A stretch of 53,159 nt of DNA from an uncultured Bacilli bacterium (GCA_947625215.1 CANQNL010000003.1:1-53159); one strand, 5' to 3'. Positions 29,156 through 39,791 are shown, counted from the stretch's first letter. The notes: generated by a model not told the origin, from the letters alone. Program-made: numbers and translations.

Positions 29156-30016
29156 TTAATCTTCTGGTTTAAAGTCAAGATTGACATATCGTATTTTAAC
29201 TACTTTATCATTTTTAAGTTCACTGACAATTTTTTCTCTTAAATGATACATTTGTCTTAAAGTTGTACTTGGGTCTAACTCTAATTCTAAATATACCTTA
29301 TAATATGAGCCATATTTTATTAACTGTGTTTTATGATCACGAATTACCTTAAACTCTTTTAAAACATCTTCAATATATTTTAAGTGTTCCTTATCAATAT
29401 CGGCTTCACCAATTAAATTCATAACGTTTTGTTTTATAATTGGAATACCTGTTTTAATAACTAATAAGGATAAAAATATACTACCAACTAAATCAGCATA
29501 TTCCAAAAATTCAAAAGTACTGGATAACTGCATTACCAAAACTACAATTATAACAACGATTGTCGAATATAAATCAGTAGTTGATTCTTTTGCCGCAGTA
29601 AGTAAAATTCCACTATTAATTTTCTCTCCATTTTTAACAAGAACTCTAATCATTACAAATTTCATAATTGAAACAACTAGTAATAAAACAATAACAATAA
29701 GGGGTGGGATTACTGGCTTTTTCATAAAACTAGATATCAATATAAATATTCCTAGGAAAATAATTACCATACCGATTAGTAAATTAGTTAAATATTCTAT
29801 TCTACCAAAACCAAATGGATGAATTTTAGTTGGTCTTTTTTTAGATATTTTAGCCCCTATAAGCGCAAAAATATCAGTTATGAAATCAACAAAGGTATGC
29901 ATCCCATCGGCAAATAATGATGATAAACTAAATATTATCCCGCCGCCGACTTTGATAATTGAAATAAGCAAATTATTTATCATACTATGAATAAGGCATC
30001 TTTTTTCTATTTTCAT
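29156..30016 (-). CDS. Cation diffusion facilitator family transporter
   Basis: SLFADGMHTFVD and HPFGFGRIEY, six TM helices. Confidence 0.9.
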   Translation of the reverse strand: MKIEKRCLIHSMINNLLISIIKVGGGIIFSLSSLFADGMHTFVDFITDIFALIGAKISKKRPTKIHPFGFGRIEYLTNLLIGMVIIFLGIFILISSFMKKPVIPPLIVIVLLLVVSIMKFVMIRVLVKNGEKINSGILLTAAKESTTDLYSTIVVIIVVLVMQLSSTFEFLEYADLVGSIFLSLLVIKTGIPIIKQNVMNLIGEADIDKEHLKYIEDVLKEFKVIRDHKTQLIKYGSYYKVYLELELDPSTTLRQMYHLREKIVSELKNDKVVKIRYVNLDFKPED

Positions 30017-30073
30017 ATTATCACCACATTTATTATAACACAGAAAAATAAAAACTAACATTGATTTGTTAGT

Positions 30074-31297
30074 TTAAATTTTACCAATAAAATATTTTTT
30101 CTTGCCACGTCTTACGACAAGCACTTCATTATCAATTGCGAGATCTTTAGTAATTATGTAATTTTCATCAGTAATTTTTTCTTCATTGATAGTTATACTT
30201 CCAGCATTTACAAATTCTCTAGCTTCTCTTTTACTTGAAGCAATTTTACCTTCAACTAACATATCAATAATATTAGTGTTTTCTTTAGCCACAAAAGTTG
30301 GAACACCATTAAAAACATTTTCAATTTCATCTTTAGTTAATTCTTTAACGTGGCCACTAAATAAAGCTTCACTCATTTTAATTGCTTTTAAAGCTTCATC
30401 AGAACCGTGTAAGAAAGTAACTACTTCTTTAGCTAAAGTTTTAGCGGCTTCTCTAAGTTCAGGTCTTTCATTATGCCTTTTTTCAATTTCTTCTATTTCT
30501 TCTTTTGATAAAAATGTAAATATTTTCAAATAACTAATAACCATTTCATCTTCACTATTTAATAAATATTGATACATTTCATAAGGTGAAGTTTTATTCT
30601 TATCAAGCCATAAAGCATTACCTTCACTTTTACCAAATTTATGTCCTTCTTTGTCGGTTACAAGCGGCATCGTAAAACCATAAACATCCTTGCCAGTAGC
30701 TTTTCTAATTAAATCAACTCCGGCAGTAATATTTCCCCATTGATCTGAACCAGCGCACTGAAGAGTGCAGTTTTTGGTTTTATATAAATGAAGAAAATCT
30801 AAAGCTTGCATAATCATATATGAAAATTCTGTATAGGTAATTCCAGTATCTAATCTTCTTTTAATTATATCTTTATCAAGCATATAATTAACACTAAAAT
30901 ATTTACCATAATCTCTTAAAAAATCGACAAAATTTATTTCTTTACACCAATCATAATTATTAACAACTTCAAAGCCAAATAGTTTCTCTACTTGTTTTTT
31001 AATAGCTTCAAAATTAGCATCAATCTCTGAAGCTGGTTTTATTTGTCTTTCTTCGGTAGGTCTTGGATCGCCAATTCTTCCAGTAGCTCCACCAACTAAT
31101 AAGATTGGATGATGTCCAGCCTTTTCAAGCCTTTTACTAATTAAAAAGCTAGATAAGTGGCCTAAATGAAGACTATCAGCAGTTGGATCAGTACCAATAT
31201 AAAATGTCATTCCACCTTCATTTAATTTTTCTTTTAAATCATCACCGGCTTCATCTTTTAATAGCCCGCGCCATTTAAGTTCTTCATATAATGTCAT
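30074..31297 (-). CDS. tyrS: Tyrosine--tRNA ligase
   Basis: YIGTDPTADSLHLGH, GSDQWGNI, KFGKSEG and a C-terminal S4 domain. Confidence 0.96.
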   Translation of the reverse strand: MTLYEELKWRGLLKDEAGDDLKEKLNEGGMTFYIGTDPTADSLHLGHLSSFLISKRLEKAGHHPILLVGGATGRIGDPRPTEERQIKPASEIDANFEAIKKQVEKLFGFEVVNNYDWCKEINFVDFLRDYGKYFSVNYMLDKDIIKRRLDTGITYTEFSYMIMQALDFLHLYKTKNCTLQCAGSDQWGNITAGVDLIRKATGKDVYGFTMPLVTDKEGHKFGKSEGNALWLDKNKTSPYEMYQYLLNSEDEMVISYLKIFTFLSKEEIEEIEKRHNERPELREAAKTLAKEVVTFLHGSDEALKAIKMSEALFSGHVKELTKDEIENVFNGVPTFVAKENTNIIDMLVEGKIASSKREAREFVNAGSITINEEKITDENYIITKDLAIDNEVLVVRRGKKKYFIGKI

Positions 31298-31299
31298 TT

Positions 31300-31953
31300 T
31301 TACTCTCCTTTCATATTAGTTACAATCTCAACTCCACTACTAGTTCCTATTCTTGTAGCACCAGCTTCAATTAACTCATTCATTTGGTCAAAAGTTTTAA
31401 TTCCTCCTGAAGCTTTAATTTCTAAAACCTCATTACGATGTTTAGCCATAATTTTAATATCTTCTAATGAAGCTCCTCTTTTACCAAAACCTGTTGATGT
31501 TTTTATAAAATTAACAAATGTTTCGTTACAAATTTCAGTCATTTTAATTATTTCTTCTTCAGTAAGTAAACTAGTTTCAACAATTACTTTTAAAGTTTTG
31601 CCATCGGCTGAATCACGTACTTCTTCGATTTCTGATTTAACATAATCATAATCTTTATCTTTTAAAGCTCCTACATTAATAACCATATCTATTTCATCTG
31701 CTCCATTTTCTACGGCATCAATAGCTTCAAAAGCTTTTGTTTTAGGTGTATTCATTCCAAGCGGAAAACCAATAACGGTACATACTCCAATGTTAGTGCC
31801 CTTAAGCAAATCTTTAGCTAAACTAACATAATATGGGTGCACGCACACTGTTTCAAAACCATATTCTATGGCCTCACTACATAATTTAGCAATATCTTTA
31901 CTAGTCGCATCCATCTTTAAATTTGTGTGATCAATATATTTTCCTATTTCCAT
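31300..31953 (-). CDS. deoC: Deoxyribose-phosphate aldolase
   Basis: IDHTNL, TVIGFPLG, DEIDMVIN, FIKTSTGF and KASGGI. Confidence 0.95.
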   Translation of the reverse strand: MEIGKYIDHTNLKMDATSKDIAKLCSEAIEYGFETVCVHPYYVSLAKDLLKGTNIGVCTVIGFPLGMNTPKTKAFEAIDAVENGADEIDMVINVGALKDKDYDYVKSEIEEVRDSADGKTLKVIVETSLLTEEEIIKMTEICNETFVNFIKTSTGFGKRGASLEDIKIMAKHRNEVLEIKASGGIKTFDQMNELIEAGATRIGTSSGVEIVTNMKGE

Positions 31954-31969
31954 AAACTACCTCCTATAA

Positions 31970-32173
31970 TAAAAAATACTATGAATATAAGGACGATATT
32001 ACTCGCGGTACCACCTTATTTCATAGAATTTCTATGCCCTTTATCAACTAACGGTGATTAACCGATTTGACTCCAAATTTGTATTTCATTAAATAACTTT
32101 GGCTAGTTTTCATCAGTCCACTAACTTTCTAATTACTAGTTAAATAACTACTTATAATTTTTCTTCATCAATT
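31970..32173 (-). promoter_or_regulatory. T-box riboswitch leader, Tyr (UAC) specifier
   Basis: Minus-strand T-box AAGGTGGTACCGCG (32004-32017); stem I AG-box-like AGAAAG..CTGATGAAA; GAAA-TAC specifier (32081-83); terminator arms CTATGAA..ATAAGG / CCTTA..TTCATAG plus T run; promoter TTGACT-N17-TATATT. Confidence 0.88.
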
Positions 32174-32220
32174 AATTAAAATATAACATATCTCATATAT
32201 TTAGTCAATATTTTTGGGGG

Positions 32221-32649
32221 TTACCATTTTTTAAAAACAACTATTTTACTTAAAATATAATTCATAACAATAACAACTACTTGAACAGATATTTTAGCAA
32301 TAGTATCATCAATATGCATTATACTATAAAGTAAATACATAAGAGCCATATCGACTAATAAAGAAAATACTCTAGCTAAAACAAAATTAAAGGCTTCTTT
32401 TATTTTTGTTTTTCCTTGTGTTTTACTTTTAAAGACAAATCTTCTATTAGTTAAATAAGCAAATGTTACAGCGCATATCCAAGATAATACATTAGCAATC
32501 TGAATATCTAAATCACTTTTATTTGGAAAACAAATATTTGCGAATAACAAATATGTAACTATACTAACAACTGTAGTTAAAAACCCAAAAATTAAATAAT
32601 TTATTATTTCTTCATATTTTATATATGTATCTTTTATTTTACTAAACAT
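32221..32649 (-). CDS. GtrA family membrane protein
   Basis: EIINYLIFGFLTTVV, ANVLSWICAV.FAY.TNRRFVF and NYILSKIVVF. Confidence 0.9.
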   Translation of the reverse strand: MFSKIKDTYIKYEEIINYLIFGFLTTVVSIVTYLLFANICFPNKSDLDIQIANVLSWICAVTFAYLTNRRFVFKSKTQGKTKIKEAFNFVLARVFSLLVDMALMYLLYSIMHIDDTIAKISVQVVVIVMNYILSKIVVFKKW

Positions 32650-32660
32650 CGTATTTCCTT

Positions 32661-33035
32661 TTATTTTACTTTACAATCTATATCATAAATATATTCGTAT
32701 TGCTTATAAGTAGCATCATATTTTAACGTTACACTACCTGTCATCTCTTCATTATTGGCAGGATTATTCAACTCCTGATCACTGGCTAAATAACCATTCT
32801 TTTTTAAATTACTAATAGATATAGAAGTGTTTTTACCTTGTAATAATGCACTGTTATCCGCTGCCCATCTTTCAGCGGCACTTTCAATCCTTTGTTTTTG
32901 CTCTTCACAAGCTTTTTCTCTTGAATTTTTAATAGCTTCCTGAATGAATGGAAAAGCTATAGCAGCAATAATGGCAAGAATAACTATTACAGCCATTAAT
33001 TCAATTAGAGTAAAACCTTTTTTCATTCTTATCAC
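32661..33035 (-). CDS. Type IV pilin-like protein (prepilin cleavage/methylation domain)
   Basis: KKG-FTLIELMAVIVILAIIAAIAFP. Confidence 0.9.
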   Translation of the reverse strand: MIRMKKGFTLIELMAVIVILAIIAAIAFPFIQEAIKNSREKACEEQKQRIESAAERWAADNSALLQGKNTSISISNLKKNGYLASDQELNNPANNEEMTGSVTLKYDATYKQYEYIYDIDCKVK

Positions 33036-33092
33036 CCTTTATTATAGTTAAATTATATCGTTGAGTCAGTATTATTGTCAAGAAAAAACTGA

Positions 33093-33434
33093 TTAATCAG
33101 TTTCTTTTATCTCTTTTAATTTTTCTTCTATTCTTTGTCCATATTCTATTGATTCATCATAAATAAATTTAAGTTCTGGGATTTGTCTAATATCTACTCT
33201 ATCTCTAAGAGCGTGACGAATAAATCCACTAGCACTTTTTAAAGCCTTTTCAGTTACTTCTCTTTTACTTTCGTCTAAAACTGTGAAGTATATCTTAGCG
33301 TAACTTAAATCATTCGTAACACTAGCATCAGTAATCGTTACAAAATCTATATCTTTATTTTTTACTTCGTTAGCAAGGATATAACTTATTTGTTCAATTA
33401 TTAAATCGGCTATTCTTTCAGATTTAATACTCAT
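33093..33434 (-). CDS. rbfA: Ribosome-binding factor A
   Basis: VTITDASVTNDLSYAKIY, ASGFIR and IPELKFIYDESIEYG. Confidence 0.95.
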   Translation of the reverse strand: MSIKSERIADLIIEQISYILANEVKNKDIDFVTITDASVTNDLSYAKIYFTVLDESKREVTEKALKSASGFIRHALRDRVDIRQIPELKFIYDESIEYGQRIEEKLKEIKETD

Positions 33435-33460
33435 ATTATCACTCTTTTCTAAAAAGGTAA

Positions 33461-33781
33461 TTACTTTTTTAAAATTTTTTGAAGTTTTTTCTGCTCAGTT
33501 CTTGCTTGATCATAATGGTATAAAGAAATTAATGAGGTTAAACCAAGACCGCTTGCGAATGGTATTTTATCTACACCTTCTAACGCAAAAGGAATGATAA
33601 GTACAGCAAGCGTTCCTGCACAAATAGCCATCATCGTTTTTTCTTTTTTTAATTTGTTTATTTTTTCACTAACAAAAGTGAAATTTATTTTTTCTTCAGC
33701 TTCTTTTTTGATTTTTTCTTCATTTTCTTCTTTTATGCTTTCTTGAAGTTTATTCCAATCAGCAACAAATTCTGCCCACAT
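33461..33781 (-). CDS. Hypothetical membrane protein
   Basis: 106 aa with two hydrophobic helices, co-oriented within the infB-rbfA operon. Confidence 0.6.
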   Translation of the reverse strand: MWAEFVADWNKLQESIKEENEEKIKKEAEEKINFTFVSEKINKLKKEKTMMAICAGTLAVLIIPFALEGVDKIPFASGLGLTSLISLYHYDQARTEQKKLQKILKK

Positions 33782-33791
33782 AATTCGCCTC

Positions 33792-34088
33792 CTATTTATG
33801 TTTTTTTATGTAAGCTTCTTTTTTGGGATACTTATCATCTAATTCTTTACGGCACATTTTATATTCACTATTAAGTGAATAAAGTTCTGGTAAAGTAAGC
33901 AATGTAATTATTCCAAAACCACTAATAAGTCCAGCATTTTCAGGACTTTGAATAGCAGTCCCAATTAAACCAGCTACTGAAGCTACTGTAAAAATAGCTG
34001 CCATATTTCTAGCACGTTTATAAACTTTCATTTTCTTACTAGTAAATATAATATCAAATGTTTCATCTTTAATATCAAAACCACCCAT
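33792..34088 (-). CDS. Hypothetical membrane protein
   Basis: 98 aa with two hydrophobic helices and a GGAGG RBS. Confidence 0.6.
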   Translation of the reverse strand: MGGFDIKDETFDIIFTSKKMKVYKRARNMAAIFTVASVAGLIGTAIQSPENAGLISGFGIITLLTLPELYSLNSEYKMCRKELDDKYPKKEAYIKKHK

Positions 34089-34102
34089 AATTTTTCCTCC
34101 TA

Positions 34103-36169
34103 CTACCTTTGAATCTCTACCATTTCATAAGATTCAATAATATCTCCTGGTTTTATATCACTATAGTTTTCTATAGTAATTCCACATTCAAGACCTTTTT
34201 TAACCTCTTTAACACTATCTTTTTCTCTTTGAAGTGAGCCTATAGATCCATCATAAATAACGACACCATCTCTAATAATTCTGGCTTTACTATTTCTAGT
34301 AATAACACCATCGATTACTAAAGATCCTGCAATATTACCGACTTTTGAAAATTTAAAGATTTGTTTTATTTCGGCATTACCTAAAATCTTTTCTTCAAAC
34401 TCAGGATCAAGCATACCCCTCATTGCCGCTTCCATTTCTTCGACAACTTTATAGATAATGTCATATAATCTAATTTCTACGCCATTTTCTTTGGCTTTAT
34501 CTTTTATATCATTAGTTGGTCTAACATTAAACCCAATAATGATTGCATTTGAGGCATTAGCTAAAACAATATCACTTTCAGTAATTGCCCCAACACTACT
34601 ACGAATGACATTTACTCTAACACCTTCAACATCAATTTTATTAAGTGAATTTTTAACTGCTTCCGCACTACCATTAACATCAGCTTTTAAAATAACATTT
34701 ATTTCTTTTAAACCTTCACCGATTTTAGAAAATAAATCATCTAAGGTAACTGAAGCTTTTTTATGTACTTCTTTTAATCTAGCTTTATTTTTTCGCTCTT
34801 CAGCGATACTTCTAGCTTGTTTTTCAGTTTCAAAAGCCATAAATTTATCACCAGCACTAGGTATTTCACTAACACCAGTAATTTCAACTGGCTTAGAAGG
34901 TCCTGCTTCAGTTATTTCTTCACCTTTATCATCTTTTAATGTTCTTATTTTACCAAAAGATGTGCCTACAACAATAGGATCGCCTAATCTTAAAGTACCA
35001 TTTTGAACTAAAATAGTTACAATTGAACCAACTTGTTTACTAAGTCTAGATTCAACAACAGTTCCAATAGCATATCTATTTGGATTAGCTTTAAATTCAC
35101 TCATATCTGCAACTAATAAAATATTTTCTAAAAGCTCGTTAATACCTTCACCTGTAGCCGCTGATATCTTAGTAAATATTGTATCGCCACCCCACTGTTC
35201 TGGCATTAAACCATATTCACTAAGTTCAGTCATAATTTTTTCCGGATTAGCTCCTGGTTTATCCATTTTGTTTATAGCTACTAAAATAGGAACGCCAGCA
35301 GCTTTTGCGTGGTCAATAGCCTCTTTAGTTTGTGGCATAACACCATCATCGGCAGCTACTATAATAATAACGATATCTGTCATACTAGCGCCCCTAGCTC
35401 GCATTTCTGTAAAAGCCGCGTGCCCTGGAGTATCTATGAATGTAATTAAACGGTTATTGCATTTAACCTGATAAGCTGATATAGCCTGGGTAATTCCTCC
35501 AGCTTCAGTAGATACTACATCGGTTCTTCTAATAGCATCTAATAAAGTTGTTTTTCCGTGATCAACGTGACCCATTATCGTTACAACTGGTGGGCGAACC
35601 ACTAAATCTTTTTCATCATCAATTATTTCATATTCTTCAAAGTTTGTTAAATCAGCACTTTCTTCTCTTTTAAGTTCTTTATTATAATAAGAAATTAGTA
35701 TTTCAGCATTTTCAAAAGAAATTGGACTATTGATATTAACCATAAGACCTAAACTAAATAATTTTTTAATTAATTCAGAGCTAGGAACATTTAAAGCATT
35801 AGCTAAATCTCCAATAGTCATATTTTCTTTGTATAAAACAACATTATCATTTATTGTATTACTTTGTAATTTACCTTTGTTTTTATACATTTCTTTTTTC
35901 TTTTGAGCTAAAGCATTTTTATCTTCTTTCTTTTCCTCTTTCTTTTCTTTTTTTATTTTTTTAACAGGTGTTTTTTGTTTGACAATTTTTTCTTCATAAG
36001 CTTCTTCGATTTCTTCATCAGTTTCTAAGTTGTTATCTAATAGAACGATAGCATCTTCATCTAATAGATCATCTTCACTATTAGCATCAATACCTAATTC
36101 AGCACATTTTTCTAAAATATATTCTACTGTTCTATTAACATCTTCAGCATATTCTAATATACTCATCAT
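34103..36169 (-). CDS. infB: Translation initiation factor IF-2
   Basis: GHVDHGKTT, DTPGHAAF, NKMD and C-terminal GLECG. Confidence 0.97.
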   Translation of the reverse strand: MMSILEYAEDVNRTVEYILEKCAELGIDANSEDDLLDEDAIVLLDNNLETDEEIEEAYEEKIVKQKTPVKKIKKEKKEEKKEDKNALAQKKKEMYKNKGKLQSNTINDNVVLYKENMTIGDLANALNVPSSELIKKLFSLGLMVNINSPISFENAEILISYYNKELKREESADLTNFEEYEIIDDEKDLVVRPPVVTIMGHVDHGKTTLLDAIRRTDVVSTEAGGITQAISAYQVKCNNRLITFIDTPGHAAFTEMRARGASMTDIVIIIVAADDGVMPQTKEAIDHAKAAGVPILVAINKMDKPGANPEKIMTELSEYGLMPEQWGGDTIFTKISAATGEGINELLENILLVADMSEFKANPNRYAIGTVVESRLSKQVGSIVTILVQNGTLRLGDPIVVGTSFGKIRTLKDDKGEEITEAGPSKPVEITGVSEIPSAGDKFMAFETEKQARSIAEERKNKARLKEVHKKASVTLDDLFSKIGEGLKEINVILKADVNGSAEAVKNSLNKIDVEGVRVNVIRSSVGAITESDIVLANASNAIIIGFNVRPTNDIKDKAKENGVEIRLYDIIYKVVEEMEAAMRGMLDPEFEEKILGNAEIKQIFKFSKVGNIAGSLVIDGVITRNSKARIIRDGVVIYDGSIGSLQREKDSVKEVKKGLECGITIENYSDIKPGDIIESYEMVEIQR

Positions 36170-36186
36170 AATTATGCACCTCTTTT

Positions 36187-36441
36187 CTATAATGTTTTTA
36201 ATTCTTCATATAATTCATCAGGAACTTCTGTTTCTAAAATTTTGTCTAAAATTTTAGTTTGTTTAGCTTTTTCAAATACTGCTAAATCTTTTTTTAAATA
36301 AGCTCCGTGACCATTTACTTTTCCAGTTGGATCAGCTATAACTCCTTCTTCTGTTTTTACAATTCTAATAAGTTCTTTTTTGGGAAATTTTTCTTTAGTA
36401 ACCACACACATACGCATTGGAATTTTTTTTATTTTATTCAC
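36187..36441 (-). CDS. ylxR: YlxR family RNA-binding protein
   Basis: KKIPMRMCVVT...ELIRIV...GKVNGHGAYL; canonical position after nusA. Confidence 0.9.
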   Translation of the reverse strand: MNKIKKIPMRMCVVTKEKFPKKELIRIVKTEEGVIADPTGKVNGHGAYLKKDLAVFEKAKQTKILDKILETEVPDELYEELKTL

Positions 36442-37585
36442 TTATATTTATTCCCATTTCACTAGCTTCATTATACGTTTTAATATCTAAAGTATAATGT
36501 GTAAGTCTAGCCGCTAAACGGACATTTAAACCTTTTTTACCAATGGCAAGTGATAGATTATCATTATCGACAACAACTAAAGCTTGTTTTTTCTTTTCAT
36601 CAGTTATAAATATATGAAGGTTTTTAGCCGGGCTTAAAGCATTTTCAATAAATCTAGCGTCATCGGTATCATAAGGAACGACATCGATTTTTTCTCCATT
36701 TAGTTCATCGATAATTCTATTTATTCGGCTTCCTCTTTCACCGATACAAGCGCCAACTGGATCGACATTTGGATTTTCCGAATAAACTGCTATTTTAGTA
36801 CGGTTACCAGCATCTCTAGCTACACTATAAACTAAAATAATCCCTTCGTTTATTTCTGGTATTTCAAGTTCAAATAAACGTTTTACAAATCCATAGTGAT
36901 TTCTTGAAAGTAAAATAAGTGGTCCTTTACTATTATTTTCAACTTTAGTAATATATACTTTTATACTAGAGCCCATTTTAATAGTCTCACCAGGTATAAT
37001 TTCACTTTTAGGTAAAATACCTTGTGTTCTTCCTAAATCAATATAATAATTACGAACGTCTTCCATTGCAACTGTTCCTACAACCATTTCATCTTTTTTA
37101 TCTTCAAATTCGTTATTAATAATTTCTCTTTCAGCTTCTCTTATTTTTTGAATCACTACTTGCTTAGCTGTAGCTGCAGCTACCCTACCAAAATCTTTTG
37201 GCGTAACTTCTTCTTCAATTGTCTCACCAATTTTAATATTAGGAACGATCTTTTTAGCATCTTTTAAGGTAATATGAATTCTTTCATCATATACGTATTC
37301 TTTTTCTACCTCTTCTTCGTTTCCTTCTTCATCAGTAATAATTTCGGTTTCAACTTTACCTTTTTCTTTTTCCCAATTTTCATCATAAACTACAGTTTTA
37401 AATGAATAAATTTTAATTTCGCCTGTTTTTTTATTGATATCAACTCTAACATTTGATAATGAATGATAATTCTTTTTGTAAGCAGATGTTAAAGCAAGTT
37501 CCATCGCTGAATAAATAATTTCTTTATCAATTCCTTTTTCTTCTGATAAATTATTAACAGCTTTCAAAAATGCCTTTCCGTCCAT
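36434..37585 (-). CDS. nusA: Transcription termination/antitermination factor NusA
   Basis: FGRVAAATAKQV, ARDAGNRTKIAV, VGACIGERGSRI and LSLAIGKKGLNVRLA. Confidence 0.96.
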   Translation of the reverse strand: MDGKAFLKAVNNLSEEKGIDKEIIYSAMELALTSAYKKNYHSLSNVRVDINKKTGEIKIYSFKTVVYDENWEKEKGKVETEIITDEEGNEEEVEKEYVYDERIHITLKDAKKIVPNIKIGETIEEEVTPKDFGRVAAATAKQVVIQKIREAEREIINNEFEDKKDEMVVGTVAMEDVRNYYIDLGRTQGILPKSEIIPGETIKMGSSIKVYITKVENNSKGPLILLSRNHYGFVKRLFELEIPEINEGIILVYSVARDAGNRTKIAVYSENPNVDPVGACIGERGSRINRIIDELNGEKIDVVPYDTDDARFIENALSPAKNLHIFITDEKKKQALVVVDNDNLSLAIGKKGLNVRLAARLTHYTLDIKTYNEASEMGINISE

Positions 37586-37586
37586 T

Positions 37587-37838
37587 TTATTCACTTCCTT
37601 TCTCTTTTGAACATACATCTAATACATAACTTTCACTTATTAAATCAGCTTCATCTAAAAGAGGATCTACGATTTTATTAACTTTTAAACAATCATTTAT
37701 ATTAATATATCCTTCTTTATCAATTATTAAGGTAAGAGTCCAAACTTTGTTCTCTTTTGTATAAGTAACTTTATCTAATATATATCCTGCTTTTTTTATC
37801 TCCTTTTCTAATAAGTCTCTTACTTTTTCTTCTATCAT
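37587..37838 (-). CDS. rimP: Ribosome maturation factor RimP, N-terminal domain only (83 aa)
   Basis: LIIDKEGYININDCLKVNKIVDPLLDEAD...YVLDVCS; directly upstream of nusA. Confidence 0.85.
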   Translation of the reverse strand: MIEEKVRDLLEKEIKKAGYILDKVTYTKENKVWTLTLIIDKEGYININDCLKVNKIVDPLLDEADLISESYVLDVCSKEKGSE

Positions 37839-38076
37839 TTTCCCTCCTACTACATTAAAGAGTGGGAATTCCCACTCTTTGTTTTTTTCTCGAAGCACTT
37901 ATATTATAGCATATCTTTTATTTTTTTCAAAGACTTTATATCATTTTATGCCTGTTTTTATTTGTTTATACCAAAAAACTTATCTATTTTTTTCAACTTA
38001 AACTATAAGATATATCAAAATTTTTATTTTAGTTTTCATATTTTGTTAAGAAACGTGTTATAATGATAAAGGAGGA

Positions 38077-38787
38077 ATGAATATGGTAACATTCGAAAAA
38101 AAAGAAAGACTTATTAACATTATAAAAGGTATTAGTATTATAACGTTATATTTTTTAATTACTGAATATCGCACAGTTCCACTTGCGATTGCTCACATAG
38201 ATTATAATGGTACCAGTCTTTTATTTAGAGAACTTTATACAACAATGATTGAATGTATAATAATATTTATAATTTTAATAATGTTCAAAAATCAAATAAT
38301 AAACGCAATTAAAGATATAAAGAAAAATCATTTAACTTATTTTAAAAATAACTTAAAATACTATTTATTAGGTTTCTTTATAATGGCCGCTTCGAACGCT
38401 ATAATAATGGTGCTGGGGGGATCATCATCAAACAATGAAATAGCCGTTAGAAATCAGCTTGAGTTTGCTCCTATTTATTCTTTTATTGCCGCTGTTTTTT
38501 TAGCGCCTATCATTGAAGAAGGAGTATTTAGATTAGGGCTTAGAAACATTTTTAAAAACAATTTTCTCTTTATTCTTGCTTCAGGGTTAATTTTCGGTGG
38601 ACTTCATTTATCTGGAATGCTTGGTAATCCTTTACTTGGATTATATTTACTTTCATATAGTTGTTTTGGAATTACTTTCGCTTATATGCTTGTAAAAACA
38701 AACAATATATTCGTTTCAATGGGATTTCATTTTATGCATAACGGACTACTAATATCTTTACAGTTATTTGTAGCATTATTTGGATAG
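38077..38787 (+). CDS. CPBP (Abi/CAAX-like) intramembrane metalloprotease
   Basis: APIIEEGVFR, FGGLH and HFMHN motifs. Confidence 0.9.
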   Translation: MNMVTFEKKERLINIIKGISIITLYFLITEYRTVPLAIAHIDYNGTSLLFRELYTTMIECIIIFIILIMFKNQIINAIKDIKKNHLTYFKNNLKYYLLGFFIMAASNAIIMVLGGSSSNNEIAVRNQLEFAPIYSFIAAVFLAPIIEEGVFRLGLRNIFKNNFLFILASGLIFGGLHLSGMLGNPLLGLYLLSYSCFGITFAYMLVKTNNIFVSMGFHFMHNGLLISLQLFVALFG

Positions 38788-38837
38788 AAGACTTTAGTCT
38801 TTTTTCTTTTTATGATAAAATTATGATAGGTGGTAAT

Positions 38838-39725
38838 ATGGCAAACAAAAAGAAGAAAAAAAGACATATTATTTTAAAAACTATTTTATTAATCATCACT
38901 CTAGGGCTTTTTGTATATGCTTATGGAACTTATATCGAGCCTAAACAGTTAATGATAAAGGAAAATAAAATTGTCAGTAACAAAATTACCGATAATTTTG
39001 ATGGTTTTAAAATTGTCGGTATTAGTGATATTCATTATGGAAAATATTACACAATTAAAGATTTAAATAATTTAGTAACCACTATCAATAGTCTTAATCC
39101 TGATATCGTTGTCTTTACTGGCGATTTAATTGATAAAACCACTAAAATGACTACTAGTAAAGCTGATAAAATTGCTAGCGAATTAAATAAAATATCTGCA
39201 AGCAGCGGTAAATACATTATTAATGGTGAAAATGACATTAAATTCGATGAATGGGAAAATATTATTACTAATGGCGGATTTATTAATTTAAATAATAATT
39301 ACGATACCATTTATCAAAATAGTTATGACAGCATTTTAATTGCCGGATTAAGTACTAGTGCGGATAAAGAAGCTATTATCAATAAAAATCAAAAAACTAT
39401 GAATTATATCAATTCTTTTGAAAAAGGTGGGCCAATATTTAACATTTTATTGATCCACGAACCTGATTACATCGATGAACTTGAAGATAATAAATTTGAT
39501 CTAATTTTATCTGGACATTCCCATAATAGTCAAATAAATGTTCCATTTATAAGAGATTTATTATCTAGAAAAGGGGCGGTCAAATACAACCACGGACACT
39601 ATAAAATTGATACTAGTGATTTATATGTATCTAGTGGAATTGGAACGACAAACTTTAACTTTAGAATATTTAATACCCCAAGCATTGATGTATATAGATT
39701 AATTCAAGGCAAAAAATCAAAATAA
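38838..39725 (+). CDS. Metallophosphoesterase (YkuE-like)
   Basis: ISDIH, FTGD, NGEND, HEPD and SGHSH. Confidence 0.9.
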   Translation: MANKKKKKRHIILKTILLIITLGLFVYAYGTYIEPKQLMIKENKIVSNKITDNFDGFKIVGISDIHYGKYYTIKDLNNLVTTINSLNPDIVVFTGDLIDKTTKMTTSKADKIASELNKISASSGKYIINGENDIKFDEWENIITNGGFINLNNNYDTIYQNSYDSILIAGLSTSADKEAIINKNQKTMNYINSFEKGGPIFNILLIHEPDYIDELEDNKFDLILSGHSHNSQINVPFIRDLLSRKGAVKYNHGHYKIDTSDLYVSSGIGTTNFNFRIFNTPSIDVYRLIQGKKSK

Positions 39726-39740
39726 ACTTTAATTTAAATG

Positions 39741-39779
39741 ATATGAACCTCGTTTCTATGTTAAAAACGAGGTTCATAT
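39741..39779. terminator. Bidirectional terminator between convergent genes
   Basis: 15-bp perfect stem ATATGAACCTCGTTT / AAACGAGGTTCATAT. Confidence 0.75.
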
Positions 39780-39791
39780 TAGTTTATAGCT

